Assembly (NCBI GenBank): GCA_964428435.1
Contig: CAYRYA010000004.1
Span: 8,116 to 72,115 of the forward strand
Source: an uncultured Candidatus Saccharibacteria bacterium
Lineage (GTDB): Bacteria > Patescibacteriota > Minisyncoccia > Phycocordibacterales > DATDWN01
Direction of reading: 5' to 3'
Length of the DNA stretch: 64,000 nt
The position numbers and the translations under genes were made by a program. Positions 1 through 8,685 of the stretch are shown here, one piece after another (positions within the stretch are counted from its first letter, which is position 1; every line of letters starts with the position of its first letter). A model generated the notes under the pieces. It was not told where the DNA came from and made no database searches. It saw only the letters and a program-made list of their open reading frames with translations.

Positions 1-1
1 A

Positions 2-298
2 CGCATAAGTATTCCTGTTTCAACAAATACTGGAGGTGGAGTAAATCGTTATTATTTCGGAAACAAAGCAATTATAAAAAGTATCCCTTTCATTATTTTA
101 TTTATGCTTTTTGTTTATTTAATAGTAATATCTCGCGGAATATACATATATAATAATGAAAATATTCAGACTTTAGAAGCAGTGTATATTTTATGTGGAA
201 TAATCATTGGAACCACCCTTGGAAGTTACTACAACAAAACAAGTGATCTGGAGTGGCATATAGATACATATGGAAATAAATATCGGCGGAAACAGTAA
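2..298 (+). CDS. Hypothetical membrane protein, 5' truncated by the window edge
   Basis: Frame of ORF 104..298 is open back to position 2; two hydrophobic stretches. Confidence 0.55.
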   Translation, partial: RISIPVSTNTGGGVNRYYFGNKAIIKSIPFIILFMLFVYLIVISRGIYIYNNENIQTLEAVYILCGIIIGTTLGSYYNKTSDLEWHIDTYGNKYRRKQ

Positions 299-308
299 AA
301 TATAATAT

Positions 309-336
309 AAAAAAACCGGATTACTCCGGTTTTTTT
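309..336. terminator. Bidirectional intrinsic terminator
   Basis: AAAAAAACCGGA-ttac-TCCGGTTTTTTT between convergent genes. Confidence 0.8.
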
Positions 337-338
337 GA

Positions 339-2279
339 TTACACTTGGTGTTCGATATCCATCTTCTTTTTAACAGTTACTCCATGAGCTTTAAGCATTG
401 TTTCAAACTCTTCCCTCTCCATCGTCTCTGTTTCCATCAATCGCTTTGCAATTGCATCAAGAAGTTTTTTATTTGCCTCAATCGTAGTTTTTGCCTTCTC
501 TTCTGCCTCTTTCATAATTTTTGAAATCTCTGCATCTACTTCTGCGGCAACCTTTTCAGAATATCCTTCTGACTCTACTCCCCGACCAAACAAAACCTTT
601 CCTCCACTTCCCTCGAGAGCAATTGGTCCGAGCTTGTCTGACATTCCGTATTTAGTCACCATGTCTCGAGCAAGCGCAGTCGATACCTGCAAATCATTTG
701 ATGGGCCAGTAGTCAGATCATCAAACATCATTTTCTCGGTCACATACCCGCCAAGTGATACCGCAATATCATCGAGGAATTCTTTTCGAGACTGAAGTTT
801 TCGGTCTTCCAGTGGGAGCTTGAGTACGTAGCCTGCAGCACGTCCTCGAGAAATAATTGAAATTTTATGAACAGGATCGGCATACGAGAGGAGCGATGCG
901 AGTACCGCATGTCCAGCTTCATGATATGCAGTGATTTCTTTTTCTTTTTTTGAAAGAATATGACTTTTTCGCTCTGGACCAAGCATTACTTTTTCAATTG
1001 AACGAATCAGGTCATACTGAGAAATCTTTGTTCTGTTTTCTCGTGCTGCAAGAATCGCCCCTTCATTCATCAGTGAGTAGAGGTCTGCACCAGAAAATCC
1101 CGGTGTTCTTTCCGCAATCACTTTTATATTTACATCCTCTGCAAATGGTTTTTTAGTTGAATGCACATTCAAGATTGCTTCACGATCATCGCGGTCAGGA
1201 AGATCAAGTGTCACTCGACGATCAAAACGTCCCGGACGAAGAAGTGCAGGGTCAAGTACATCAGGACGGTTTGTTGCTGCCATAACAATAACCTTTTCAT
1301 TTGGTTCAAAACCATCCATCTCAACAAGGATTTGGTTCAATGTTTGCTCTCGCTCATCATTTCCCCCTCCCGCACCTACCCCTCGTACGCGACCCACTGC
1401 ATCAATCTCATCAACGAAAATAATCGCAGGAGAATTTTTCTTCGCAAGCATAAAAAGGTCTCGTACACGAGATGCACCCACACCTACAAACATTTCAACA
1501 AATTCAGAACCAGAAATTGAAAAGAATGCAACACCAGCTTCACCCGCTACTGCTCGTGCAAGCAAAGTTTTACCAGTACCCGGTGCACCCATAAGAAGAA
1601 TACCTTTTGGAATACGTGCACCAATTTCCAAGAACTTTTTTGGATTTTTAAGAAAGTCGACAATTTCAGATAACTCTTCCTTTGCTTCTTTTGCTCCTGC
1701 CACATCTTTAAACGTAACACGTTGTGAATGATCATTCGGATCAATCATTCGTGCTTTTGATTGTCCGAAAGTAAACGCTTGTGCTCCTGCACCTTTTACC
1801 TGTCTAGTCATATACCAAATAAATAGCAACACAAAAATAATCGGCACCAAAAGGGGTGCAAGATTCATCACCCAGTAACCGAACCCTGATTCATTTTTAA
1901 TTTCAATTTTTACTTTTCCGAGTTCTGCTGGAGTAGTACCGTAGTTTGAAAGCGTATCAGTGAGTGCTGTACCATCTTCTTTTTTTGTAAACTTTTTATC
2001 TCCGTTTACATACACCATATCCAAGGACTCCCCTTGGACAACGATTTCTGTAACCTGCCCCGCTTTAATATCAAGTGCGAGTTGTGAGAGTGGGATTTCT
2101 GTCTGAGCAGCCTGACGACCACTGATAAAAGAATACAAACCTGAAAGAAGAAGGAAAATCAAAAGTATCGTCGCAACATAGTTAAATACAGACACTTCCC
2201 GGGGACCTTTTTGTTCTGGGATTTTCTTTGACGCATTCTTTTTATCTTTGTTTTTTGATGGTTTAGTGTTTGGATTCAT
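339..2279 (-). CDS. ftsH: ATP-dependent zinc metalloprotease FtsH
   Basis: Two TM helices, Walker A GAPGTGKT, Walker [27 protein letters not shown] zinc motif. Confidence 0.98.
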   Translation of the reverse strand: MNPNTKPSKNKDKKNASKKIPEQKGPREVSVFNYVATILLIFLLLSGLYSFISGRQAAQTEIPLSQLALDIKAGQVTEIVVQGESLDMVYVNGDKKFTKKEDGTALTDTLSNYGTTPAELGKVKIEIKNESGFGYWVMNLAPLLVPIIFVLLFIWYMTRQVKGAGAQAFTFGQSKARMIDPNDHSQRVTFKDVAGAKEAKEELSEIVDFLKNPKKFLEIGARIPKGILLMGAPGTGKTLLARAVAGEAGVAFFSISGSEFVEMFVGVGASRVRDLFMLAKKNSPAIIFVDEIDAVGRVRGVGAGGGNDEREQTLNQILVEMDGFEPNEKVIVMAATNRPDVLDPALLRPGRFDRRVTLDLPDRDDREAILNVHSTKKPFAEDVNIKVIAERTPGFSGADLYSLMNEGAILAARENRTKISQYDLIRSIEKVMLGPERKSHILSKKEKEITAYHEAGHAVLASLLSYADPVHKISIISRGRAAGYVLKLPLEDRKLQSRKEFLDDIAVSLGGYVTEKMMFDDLTTGPSNDLQVSTALARDMVTKYGMSDKLGPIALEGSGGKVLFGRGVESEGYSEKVAAEVDAEISKIMKEAEEKAKTTIEANKKLLDAIAKRLMETETMEREEFETMLKAHGVTVKKKMDIEHQV

Positions 2280-2336
2280 GGGGGTATTATAGCGTATTTA
2301 GGTGATGAAATACATCATTTCTGCTAAACTAGACTT

Positions 2337-2780
2337 ATGAGCCTGATTCATAACAAAAAAATCCACTTTAACTACGAAATCACCGAGACAATACCTGCTG
2401 GTATTGAGCTTTTTGGCTTTGAAGTGAAATCTCTCCGTAACGGACAAGGTTCCCTCGATGGCTCCTATGTGACCGTACGCGGAGGTGAAGCTTTTGTTAT
2501 TGGTATGCAAATCCCTGCATACCAAGAAGGAAATACTCCAAAAGAGTACGATCCGCTTCGCAATCGCCGTCTTCTTCTCAATAAAAATGAAATAGCTCGA
2601 CTTGGAGAAATCGAGTCGCAAAAGGGATTGACAATAGCACCTATTTCAGTGTATAATAAAGGCAAGGTTTTGAAGATAGACCTCGGTATTGCAACAGGTA
2701 AAAAGAAGTTTGATAAACGAGAAACCACTAAAAAACGTGAGGTTGACCGAAACATCAGACGAGAATTTAGTGATCGTTAA
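2337..2780 (+). CDS. smpB: SsrA-binding protein SmpB
   Basis: AGIELFGFEVKSLR, RRLLLNKNEI, GKKKFDKRE motifs; next to tmRNA. Confidence 0.96.
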   Translation: MSLIHNKKIHFNYEITETIPAGIELFGFEVKSLRNGQGSLDGSYVTVRGGEAFVIGMQIPAYQEGNTPKEYDPLRNRRLLLNKNEIARLGEIESQKGLTIAPISVYNKGKVLKIDLGIATGKKKFDKRETTKKREVDRNIRREFSDR

Positions 2781-2815
2781 GCTCATTGAAAAGAGAAACG
2801 TGTCCCGCCTAAAGC

Positions 2816-3082
2816 ATGGCTTACACAATTTACATCTTATATAGTCAGAAAGATAAAGGACTCTATGTTGGATGCACTTCAAATATTTCTAGTCGTATGC
2901 AGCGACATTCAAGTGGTCAGGTACCTGCTACAAAGCACAGGAGACCAATCACTTTAATTCACACAGAAACATTTGAAGATAAAGCAGAAGCATTTAACAG
3001 AGAGAGATTTTTAAAAAGTCTCTGGGGTTCAAGAGAGAAGAAGAAAATTAAAGATATATATTTAAGATCATTAGATGTGTAA
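2816..3082 (+). CDS. Small stand-alone GIY-YIG nuclease family protein
   Basis: YTIYIL...LYVGCT, RMQRH, EAFNRERFLKS pattern. Confidence 0.88.
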   Translation: MAYTIYILYSQKDKGLYVGCTSNISSRMQRHSSGQVPATKHRRPITLIHTETFEDKAEAFNRERFLKSLWGSREKKKIKDIYLRSLDV

Positions 3083-3147
3083 GTTCGGCTAAAACATTTT
3101 TGTAGCAACAAAAATGTTCGCCCGAACAAAGCAAAGCTTTGTTTTAG

Positions 3148-3555
3148 GGGGGTGCCAGGTTTTGACATAGTCTGCATCCGTTCGCGCACTACAGAGTTCG
3201 AGTTACTCTTTAAACTGCTCGAAACCATACGTGTAAACAATACTGTTGCACGAGCAAAAGCTTCTGTTTCTCCATATTTTGGAGTTAACGACTTTGCTTT
3301 CTCTTACGCACGAGCTTAATCTAAGTTTCGTCCCTAAGAGGGGGTGACACATCTGATATCTCATACGATGTCTCATTCATATAACCTTGAGATCCGGTCT
3401 CTTCCCTGTTTCAAGAAGTGACTCAAACAATGAAACTCGCCTTTTTCTTGTTTTGTATATTTTTTAGAGAAAAAGTCTAAATGTTAAAATATTCTATGTA
3501 GTGTAGACCCGTTCGTATTCTCTCTATGCACGTGGTTTCAATACCACCATCTCCA
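3148..3555 (+). ncRNA. ssrA: tmRNA; predicted tag ORF 3248..3319 ARAKASVSPYFGVNDFAFSYARA*
   Basis: 5' GGGGGTG pairs with 3' CATCTCC-A including G3:U wobble; T-arm GTGGT-TTCAAT-ACCAC; internal ORF ending in Ala; downstream of smpB; CCA not encoded. Confidence 0.92.
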
Positions 3556-3606
3556 CAAAATTGTACAGAGACCGCCTTAGGGCGGTTTTTCTGTACAATT
3601 TTGTGG
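3553..3606. terminator. Long hairpin/terminator at the tmRNA 3' end
   Basis: CCACAAAATTGTACAGA-GACCGCC...GGCGGT-TT-TTCTGTACAATTTTGTGG inverted repeat. Confidence 0.7.
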
Positions 3607-3610
3607 AAGT

Positions 3611-4020
3611 GAGCAAAGCAGAGCTTTGCGTGTGCATCGAAGCCACCGGAGCGAGGGTGAGAGGTAGTGTTATTACCTCGCAAGACCTTGAATATTTTGT
3701 AATCAAAATGTGAAAGGCGTACCGTTCCTGTAAGGAAACCGTCAGCAGACGGGACCGCGAGGTGGTGCTCGACTTATTTTACTTCATCGTACTCGATGTT
3801 AGTAAAATAGAAGTACCCTTGTGGTATAGACTTTTCCGAGCGACGGCGAGGAAAAAGTCGAAGGTTCAATGTCACCAATAAAACATGTTTTGCGAGTGGT
3901 ATTGAAACGGCGGAACGATTCCTGATTTAGCAAAATCAGGACGTGAGCCGGTGCCCAGACCATTCTGGCGCGACGGCGACAGAATGAGTCGCGGGGCGAT
4001 GTCACCTCCTCTACTTTTTT
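3611..4020. other. GC-richer multi-hairpin non-coding region containing module F (3657..3738)
   Basis: Many stem-loops; core shared with 31084..31172; two hairpins with GCGACGGCGA loops. Confidence 0.6.
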
Positions 4021-4028
4021 ACCAGCAC

Positions 4029-4068
4029 TTGACAAAGTATATAAATATATTTATTATAATATAAGGAG
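4029..4068 (+). promoter_or_regulatory. Sigma70-type promoter and SD for orphan ORF
   Basis: TTGACA at 4029, TATTAT/TATAAT at 4052-4060, AAGGAG at 4063. Confidence 0.7.
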
Positions 4069-4076
4069 AACACCTG

Positions 4077-4421
4077 ATGTTAACTATACTGTTCAGAGCC
4101 TTGTTTGTAGGCATCATTGCGATGATTGCTTGCGAATTAGGATACAGGGCAAATAAATGTGAGGAACCAACCAAAAAAGATGTCGAATTCCCCTCTAAAA
4201 TGTCGGGAGTCATCATCTCCGACCAAAAGGATCGGTCGGATGATGACATGCTTCCATCGGCAATAAGGGTAATGGTGTCGAGTGGACACGAGTTCGGCGC
4301 CCTCTACAACAATACTGGTTTCAAGAAAAAGTGCCCGTCCTTCAAGAAAGGATGGAAAGTGGACATCGTTAGATGGAATGGGAGGTACTATGTACCCTAT
4401 GACTGTCCGACAACACCATAA
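4077..4421 (+). CDS. Orphan protein with N-terminal hydrophobic/signal segment
   Basis: 114 aa ORF with own promoter, SD and GC hairpin terminator (about 4441..4473). Confidence 0.7.
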   Translation: MLTILFRALFVGIIAMIACELGYRANKCEEPTKKDVEFPSKMSGVIISDQKDRSDDDMLPSAIRVMVSSGHEFGALYNNTGFKKKCPSFKKGWKVDIVRWNGRYYVPYDCPTTP

Positions 4422-4537
4422 GCACAACCGCACCCCGCCGAAAGCCGCCGCGCTTCCGGCGGCTTTCTTTTTTCCCACACTTGACTCAGTTATTAATATA
4501 CTATAATATAGTACTATATCTTAGTAATACAAAAACC

Positions 4538-4756
4538 ATGACAACAATCACTGTCCCCCTCAGCACAGAACTTAATGAGTTTATCAACGAGCAAGTAAAA
4601 CTTGGGAAAATGCCAAACAAAGCCGAACTTGTTCGTGCTGCAATTATTAGATATAAGGAGGATGCACTCATTACTGAGCTTCTCAAGGCAAAACAAGAGG
4701 CAAAAGAAGGTAAGCTTTTTACCGGAGATTTAGATGCGCTTGCAAAGCGCTTTTAA
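4538..4756 (+). CDS. Ribbon-helix-helix antitoxin (ParD/CopG-like)
   Basis: MTTITVPLSTELNEFI...NKAELVRAAI RHH pattern; upstream of toxin; promoter with palindrome ATATAGTACTATAT. Confidence 0.75.
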   Translation: MTTITVPLSTELNEFINEQVKLGKMPNKAELVRAAIIRYKEDALITELLKAKQEAKEGKLFTGDLDALAKRF

Positions 4757-4765
4757 CAAACCTCC

Positions 4766-5032
4766 ATGCTTACTATTTTTTACACTCCTAATTTTATCCG
4801 CAGATACAGACATCTTGATCCTGTCTTACAGGGCGAGGTTAAAGATAAGATTGATTCATTTCGAACTATCAAGAATCATTTAAAACTCAAGGTACACAAG
4901 CTAAAAGGATCACTTGATAATACGTATGCTTTTTCCGTGAACTTTAAAGTGCGCATCATTTTTGAATACCAAAAAAATAAGAAAAACGTAAACTTATTGT
5001 ATGTCGGTAGTCATGATGAATTATATTCTTAA
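4766..5032 (+). CDS. RelE/ParE superfamily toxin (YafQ-like mRNA interferase)
   Basis: 88 aa; HKLKG, FSVNFKVRIIF, C-terminal VGSHDELY. Confidence 0.85.
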   Translation: MLTIFYTPNFIRRYRHLDPVLQGEVKDKIDSFRTIKNHLKLKVHKLKGSLDNTYAFSVNFKVRIIFEYQKNKKNVNLLYVGSHDELYS

Positions 5033-5050
5033 GAGCTGTATAATTATTGT

Positions 5051-6160
5051 ATGCTCAACACGATTTTAAACTACTTTTTACTCAGGAAAGCAACCCCTTC
5101 CCTCATCGAGAATATTTTAAAAAAAGAAAAGTTTACCTATACAAAAAACGACATCAACACTCTACTGAAAGGCAATCAAAAAGGTACTCGATACGGAAAC
5201 ATTATTCTTGAAAGAAACGAGAATGGTCAAACAGTTAAACGATTCTTAAAAGTCGTACTCGATGGCACATGGCGTACATTTACCCTTTTTGAAAGACAGG
5301 TGAAGATTTCAGAGATGCTCTATCGTGACCCTACCTACATAGCGCCTACATTAAACGTACTTCACTCTCACCTATCACACCCTGTTGCTTACGCTATTTT
5401 CGAAACACGAGAATCAGGAAATGATTTTGGTTTTATGGATGACAGAAAAGAGTCGTACGAACAATTCACAACTAAAGAAATAGAAAAACTTGTCGAAGCA
5501 TTGTTTTCATTTCACCAGATCGGCGACCATGTTGATCCGACAATTTGGAAATACACTCGAGCATTAGATTTTTCAAAAGAATACTACGTTAAAAAAATAC
5601 ACAACCTTTTTGCAATCCGTATTACTCACAAAAAAGAAAATGGAGATATAGTTTTTGATACCGTAGAGAACATCATTAAAACATACACAAACATCAAAGA
5701 CCCACTGAAGCAAACGCTTTCAGTATTTACAGAAAATTGGAAAGAGTCAGCTCGCAACAAAACCTATCTTGTCCACGGCGACATGTCACTCGACAACATC
5801 TACAAACATCCACATGGTGAAATTGAGCTTCTCGATTTCGAATGGGTAAGCCATACAAAAAATCCACTCATCGCACTTATGTACGACTATGGAAATGTGC
5901 GTGCACGAGCATGGTCTTCCCCGTCATTTCAAACCGCTCTTGATTCGCGCATGCTGTCTATTGGGAAAAAATACACAGATGAAGCGACGCTCCAGAGAGG
6001 CATGACCCTAGGGAAACTTTACTACTCGCTTACTATGTGCCGGTTCCATCTAGATTTCACCAATACCGTCAAAAAAGACAAACGGATGGAAGTGGAATAT
6101 TTTTTAATGTTCCCATCTTCGTTACACACACTTATAGATGTGATTATGCACGGCAAATAA
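5051..6160 (+). CDS. APH/choline kinase-like phosphotransferase
   Basis: LVHGDMSLDNI catalytic loop and LLDFEW metal-binding motif. Confidence 0.75.
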   Translation: MLNTILNYFLLRKATPSLIENILKKEKFTYTKNDINTLLKGNQKGTRYGNIILERNENGQTVKRFLKVVLDGTWRTFTLFERQVKISEMLYRDPTYIAPTLNVLHSHLSHPVAYAIFETRESGNDFGFMDDRKESYEQFTTKEIEKLVEALFSFHQIGDHVDPTIWKYTRALDFSKEYYVKKIHNLFAIRITHKKENGDIVFDTVENIIKTYTNIKDPLKQTLSVFTENWKESARNKTYLVHGDMSLDNIYKHPHGEIELLDFEWVSHTKNPLIALMYDYGNVRARAWSSPSFQTALDSRMLSIGKKYTDEATLQRGMTLGKLYYSLTMCRFHLDFTNTVKKDKRMEVEYFLMFPSSLHTLIDVIMHGK

Positions 6161-6200
6161 TCACAATACTTTTTTTCTTTGAACCGTGTAAAATGAATAC

Positions 6201-6863
6201 ATGGAACATCTCAAACGAAACATCGCTATTACTATTTTTATTATGTTCGCAGGAGTTTTAGTTTTTATACTTTTTTACAATAAACCGCCTTTACCAGAGC
6301 CACAAGGCATCCTTCCTGGCGAACCACTTCACTACACTCACACTTCCGAGGAGATGACATTTACCTACCCTGCCTTTTTGTACAAAGAAACAAAAGAAGG
6401 GATTGTTTCACTTCACCACGATATCCCTTACAAAAACACCGGTGCATGTGACATGATTGGTGATGAAAAAACATACGACACACTCACTGATTTTCATGTC
6501 ACTCTTCGCATAGCATCAACCTCACTTGTGAAAACCGTGAGACAAATGAGCTCATACATACCCGAAGAGAATTTTGATGGGGATGTACTTAAAGTAAATC
6601 CAGGCTTCATCGATTCATTTGAAGCAGGATCTCTTAACGGGTTTGCTATTTATGAAGGGGCGGAAGGGTGTGGCATGACAACTCATTACTTTCCCCTTCC
6701 AGGAAACCGAACTCTCATTATTCAAAAAGAATCAATCCAAGCTCTCTCGGGCGTACGAGGAGAAACATTAATCAAAGAAATACTTGCCGTCCCTGGAGCA
6801 ATATCAAAAGAAGAATCAGAGATGATGTTTATGAGCATAGTTAATTCACTTACAATCAAATGA
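6201..6863 (+). CDS. Membrane-anchored hypothetical protein
   Basis: 220 aa, single N-terminal TM helix; TAAAAT 6 nt before ATG. Confidence 0.7.
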   Translation: MEHLKRNIAITIFIMFAGVLVFILFYNKPPLPEPQGILPGEPLHYTHTSEEMTFTYPAFLYKETKEGIVSLHHDIPYKNTGACDMIGDEKTYDTLTDFHVTLRIASTSLVKTVRQMSSYIPEENFDGDVLKVNPGFIDSFEAGSLNGFAIYEGAEGCGMTTHYFPLPGNRTLIIQKESIQALSGVRGETLIKEILAVPGAISKEESEMMFMSIVNSLTIK

Positions 6864-7282
6864 CTCCTATCTTTTTTCAAGCACTTATATTTATTTCTTG
6901 CATTATCGGCTATGGCGCAGTGGTAACCATAGACACTGCGGGACTTTTTTGGATTCTGAAGAAACGTTCAATGGATTTTGTGTACAGCATGACCGGAATC
7001 ACCCAACCGTTGATCTGGCTCGGATGGAGTGGCATTGTCGTAGGTCTTCTTGGTACCCTCTCCTTTTCACCCCTCACACCCATAATCACCTACCAGTTCA
7101 TCCTCCTCGGTATCCTTGGTCTTAATGGCATATATCTACAGAACATCAAAAAGAAGCTCAATCTAACCGATCGTAACCAAAAAATCCCTATTTTCTCCAT
7201 ATTTCTCGCTACTCTTATCTCTCAAACATGCTGGCTTACCTTCCTCACACTGGAGTTCGTAAAAACTTGTGTTTTTCTTTAA
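6860..7282 (+). CDS. Integral membrane hypothetical protein
   Basis: About four hydrophobic helices; ATGA overlap with upstream gene. Confidence 0.7.
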   Translation: MTPIFFQALIFISCIIGYGAVVTIDTAGLFWILKKRSMDFVYSMTGITQPLIWLGWSGIVVGLLGTLSFSPLTPIITYQFILLGILGLNGIYLQNIKKKLNLTDRNQKIPIFSIFLATLISQTCWLTFLTLEFVKTCVFL

Positions 7283-7328
7283 AAATGGTATTCTTAGACG
7301 ATAATTTTAGTAATTTAAATTTGAACAT

Positions 7329-7838
7329 TTGAGCACAAACGTACGTATAAATCATCAAATCCAAGCCGCTGAACTCCGAGTTCTCCTCGACAACGGCGAC
7401 AACCTCGGGGTCTTGAGTCGAGCAGATGCTCTCGACAAAGCCCGGGAGCTTGGACTGGACCTTATTGAAATATCCCCAAAAGCCATTCCACCGGTTGCAA
7501 AAATCATGGATTATGGTAAATTTCAATACACTGAAAACAAAAAGCTAAAGGTTACCAAAGCCAAGGCTCACACTGTTGAAGTAAAGAACATTCAGGTCAA
7601 AATAGGTACAGGAGACCACGATTTGGAGCTCAAAGCTAAAAAGGCTTCAGAATGGCTCGCCGAAGGTAACCGAATTAAGGTTGACCTTTTCCTGCCAGGA
7701 CGCTCAAAGTACATGGACATCAAGTTTCTTGAGGAGCGAATGGACCGAGTGCTCAAGCTCATAACAGTAGAATTCAAGATTGCTGATCCTGCTAAAAAAA
7801 GCCCTAAAGGACTCAGTCTCATCATCGAGAAAGCATAA
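7329..7838 (+). CDS. infC: Translation initiation factor IF-3 (TTG start)
   Basis: RINHQI, GLDLIEISP, PPVAKIMDYGKF; precedes rpmI-rplT. Confidence 0.96.
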   Translation: MSTNVRINHQIQAAELRVLLDNGDNLGVLSRADALDKARELGLDLIEISPKAIPPVAKIMDYGKFQYTENKKLKVTKAKAHTVEVKNIQVKIGTGDHDLELKAKKASEWLAEGNRIKVDLFLPGRSKYMDIKFLEERMDRVLKLITVEFKIADPAKKSPKGLSLIIEKA

Positions 7839-7847
7839 ATAAAACAT

Positions 7848-7954
7848 CCAAATTATGAACAATCCCATCGTCTAAAATTTAAAAATATTTCGCACCTTAC
7901 ACGTGTAAGGTTTGTCATATTTTGAAATTTTATACGCGGCCTAGTTCAAATTTG
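7848..7954 (-). repeat. Family E nested hairpin element
   Basis: Reverse complement matches 59367..59470 (GCGTATAAAA...AAATTTTAGACGATG). Confidence 0.7.
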
Positions 7955-7971
7955 AATGTTTAACAAAAAAC

Positions 7972-8157
7972 ATGAAAACAAACAAATCATACACAAAACG
8001 ATTGAAGGTAACCAAAACTGGTAAGATTTTGGCGCGAGCAAAGGGTCAAAACCACTTCAATGCAAAAGTATCTGGGCGAGGAAACCTTGCAAAGAAAGGC
8101 TCACAGAACTTCCCAATGAGTAACAAGGAGATTACCCGTTTCCTACCAAACGCATAA
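7972..8157 (+). CDS. rpmI: 50S ribosomal protein L35
   Basis: MKTNKSYTKRLKVTKTGK; infC-rpmI-rplT order. Confidence 0.93.
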   Translation: MKTNKSYTKRLKVTKTGKILARAKGQNHFNAKVSGRGNLAKKGSQNFPMSNKEITRFLPNA

Positions 8158-8165
8158 TAAACACT

Positions 8166-8260
8166 GATTCAGGAAACATGATTAAGGATTAAAGAATAAA
8201 AGAACATTCAAAAACTCTTAAATCCCATTCATTAATCCAAAATCATTAATCAATAATCAA
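8166..8260. repeat. Family A palindromic element (GATTAA/TTAATC units)
   Basis: gattaaggattaaagaataa...aatcccattcattaatccaaaatcattaatc; matches copies at 15838, 16470, 17811, 34542. Confidence 0.8.
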
Positions 8261-8270
8261 TTTTAATAAC

Positions 8271-8657
8271 ATGACACGAGTAAAGAAAGGCGTAAACGCG
8301 CTTAAATCACGAAAAAATACCCTCCGGATGGTAAAAGGTTACCGAAACGGACGAGGATCAAAACAACGCCAAGCGTTTGAGGCTATTTCTCATGCAGGTA
8401 CATATGCCTTTGCACACCGACGAGACAAAAAAGGTGATGCTCGAAGACTCTGGAATGTAAAAATTTCATACGCCGCAAAAGAACTCGGTACTTCATACAG
8501 TAAACTCATGGGAGGTTTGATCAAGAAAAACATCCTCCTCGACCGAAAGATTCTCTCTACGCTCGCTCTCGAAGCACCTGAAACTTTCAAAAAAATCGTA
8601 GCGATGGCAGATATGTCAGAAGCTCCAAAAGCAACAAAAACAAAAGTTGCAGCATAA
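8271..8657 (+). CDS. rplT: 50S ribosomal protein L20
   Basis: MTRVKKG, RRLWNVKI, LDRKILS. Confidence 0.96.
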   Translation: MTRVKKGVNALKSRKNTLRMVKGYRNGRGSKQRQAFEAISHAGTYAFAHRRDKKGDARRLWNVKISYAAKELGTSYSKLMGGLIKKNILLDRKILSTLALEAPETFKKIVAMADMSEAPKATKTKVAA

Positions 8658-8658
8658 C

Positions 8659-8684
8659 AAAAAAGACCCTGACGGGTCTTTTTT
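8659..8684. terminator. Bidirectional terminator
   Basis: AAAAAGACCC-tgac-GGGTCTTTTT between convergent genes. Confidence 0.8.
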
Positions 8685-8685
8685 G

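Noticed and set aside
3611-4020. Group I/II intron or tRNA downstream of tmRNA
   Set aside because: No recognisable catalytic-core motifs, domain V or cloverleaf; the short ORFs here look spurious.
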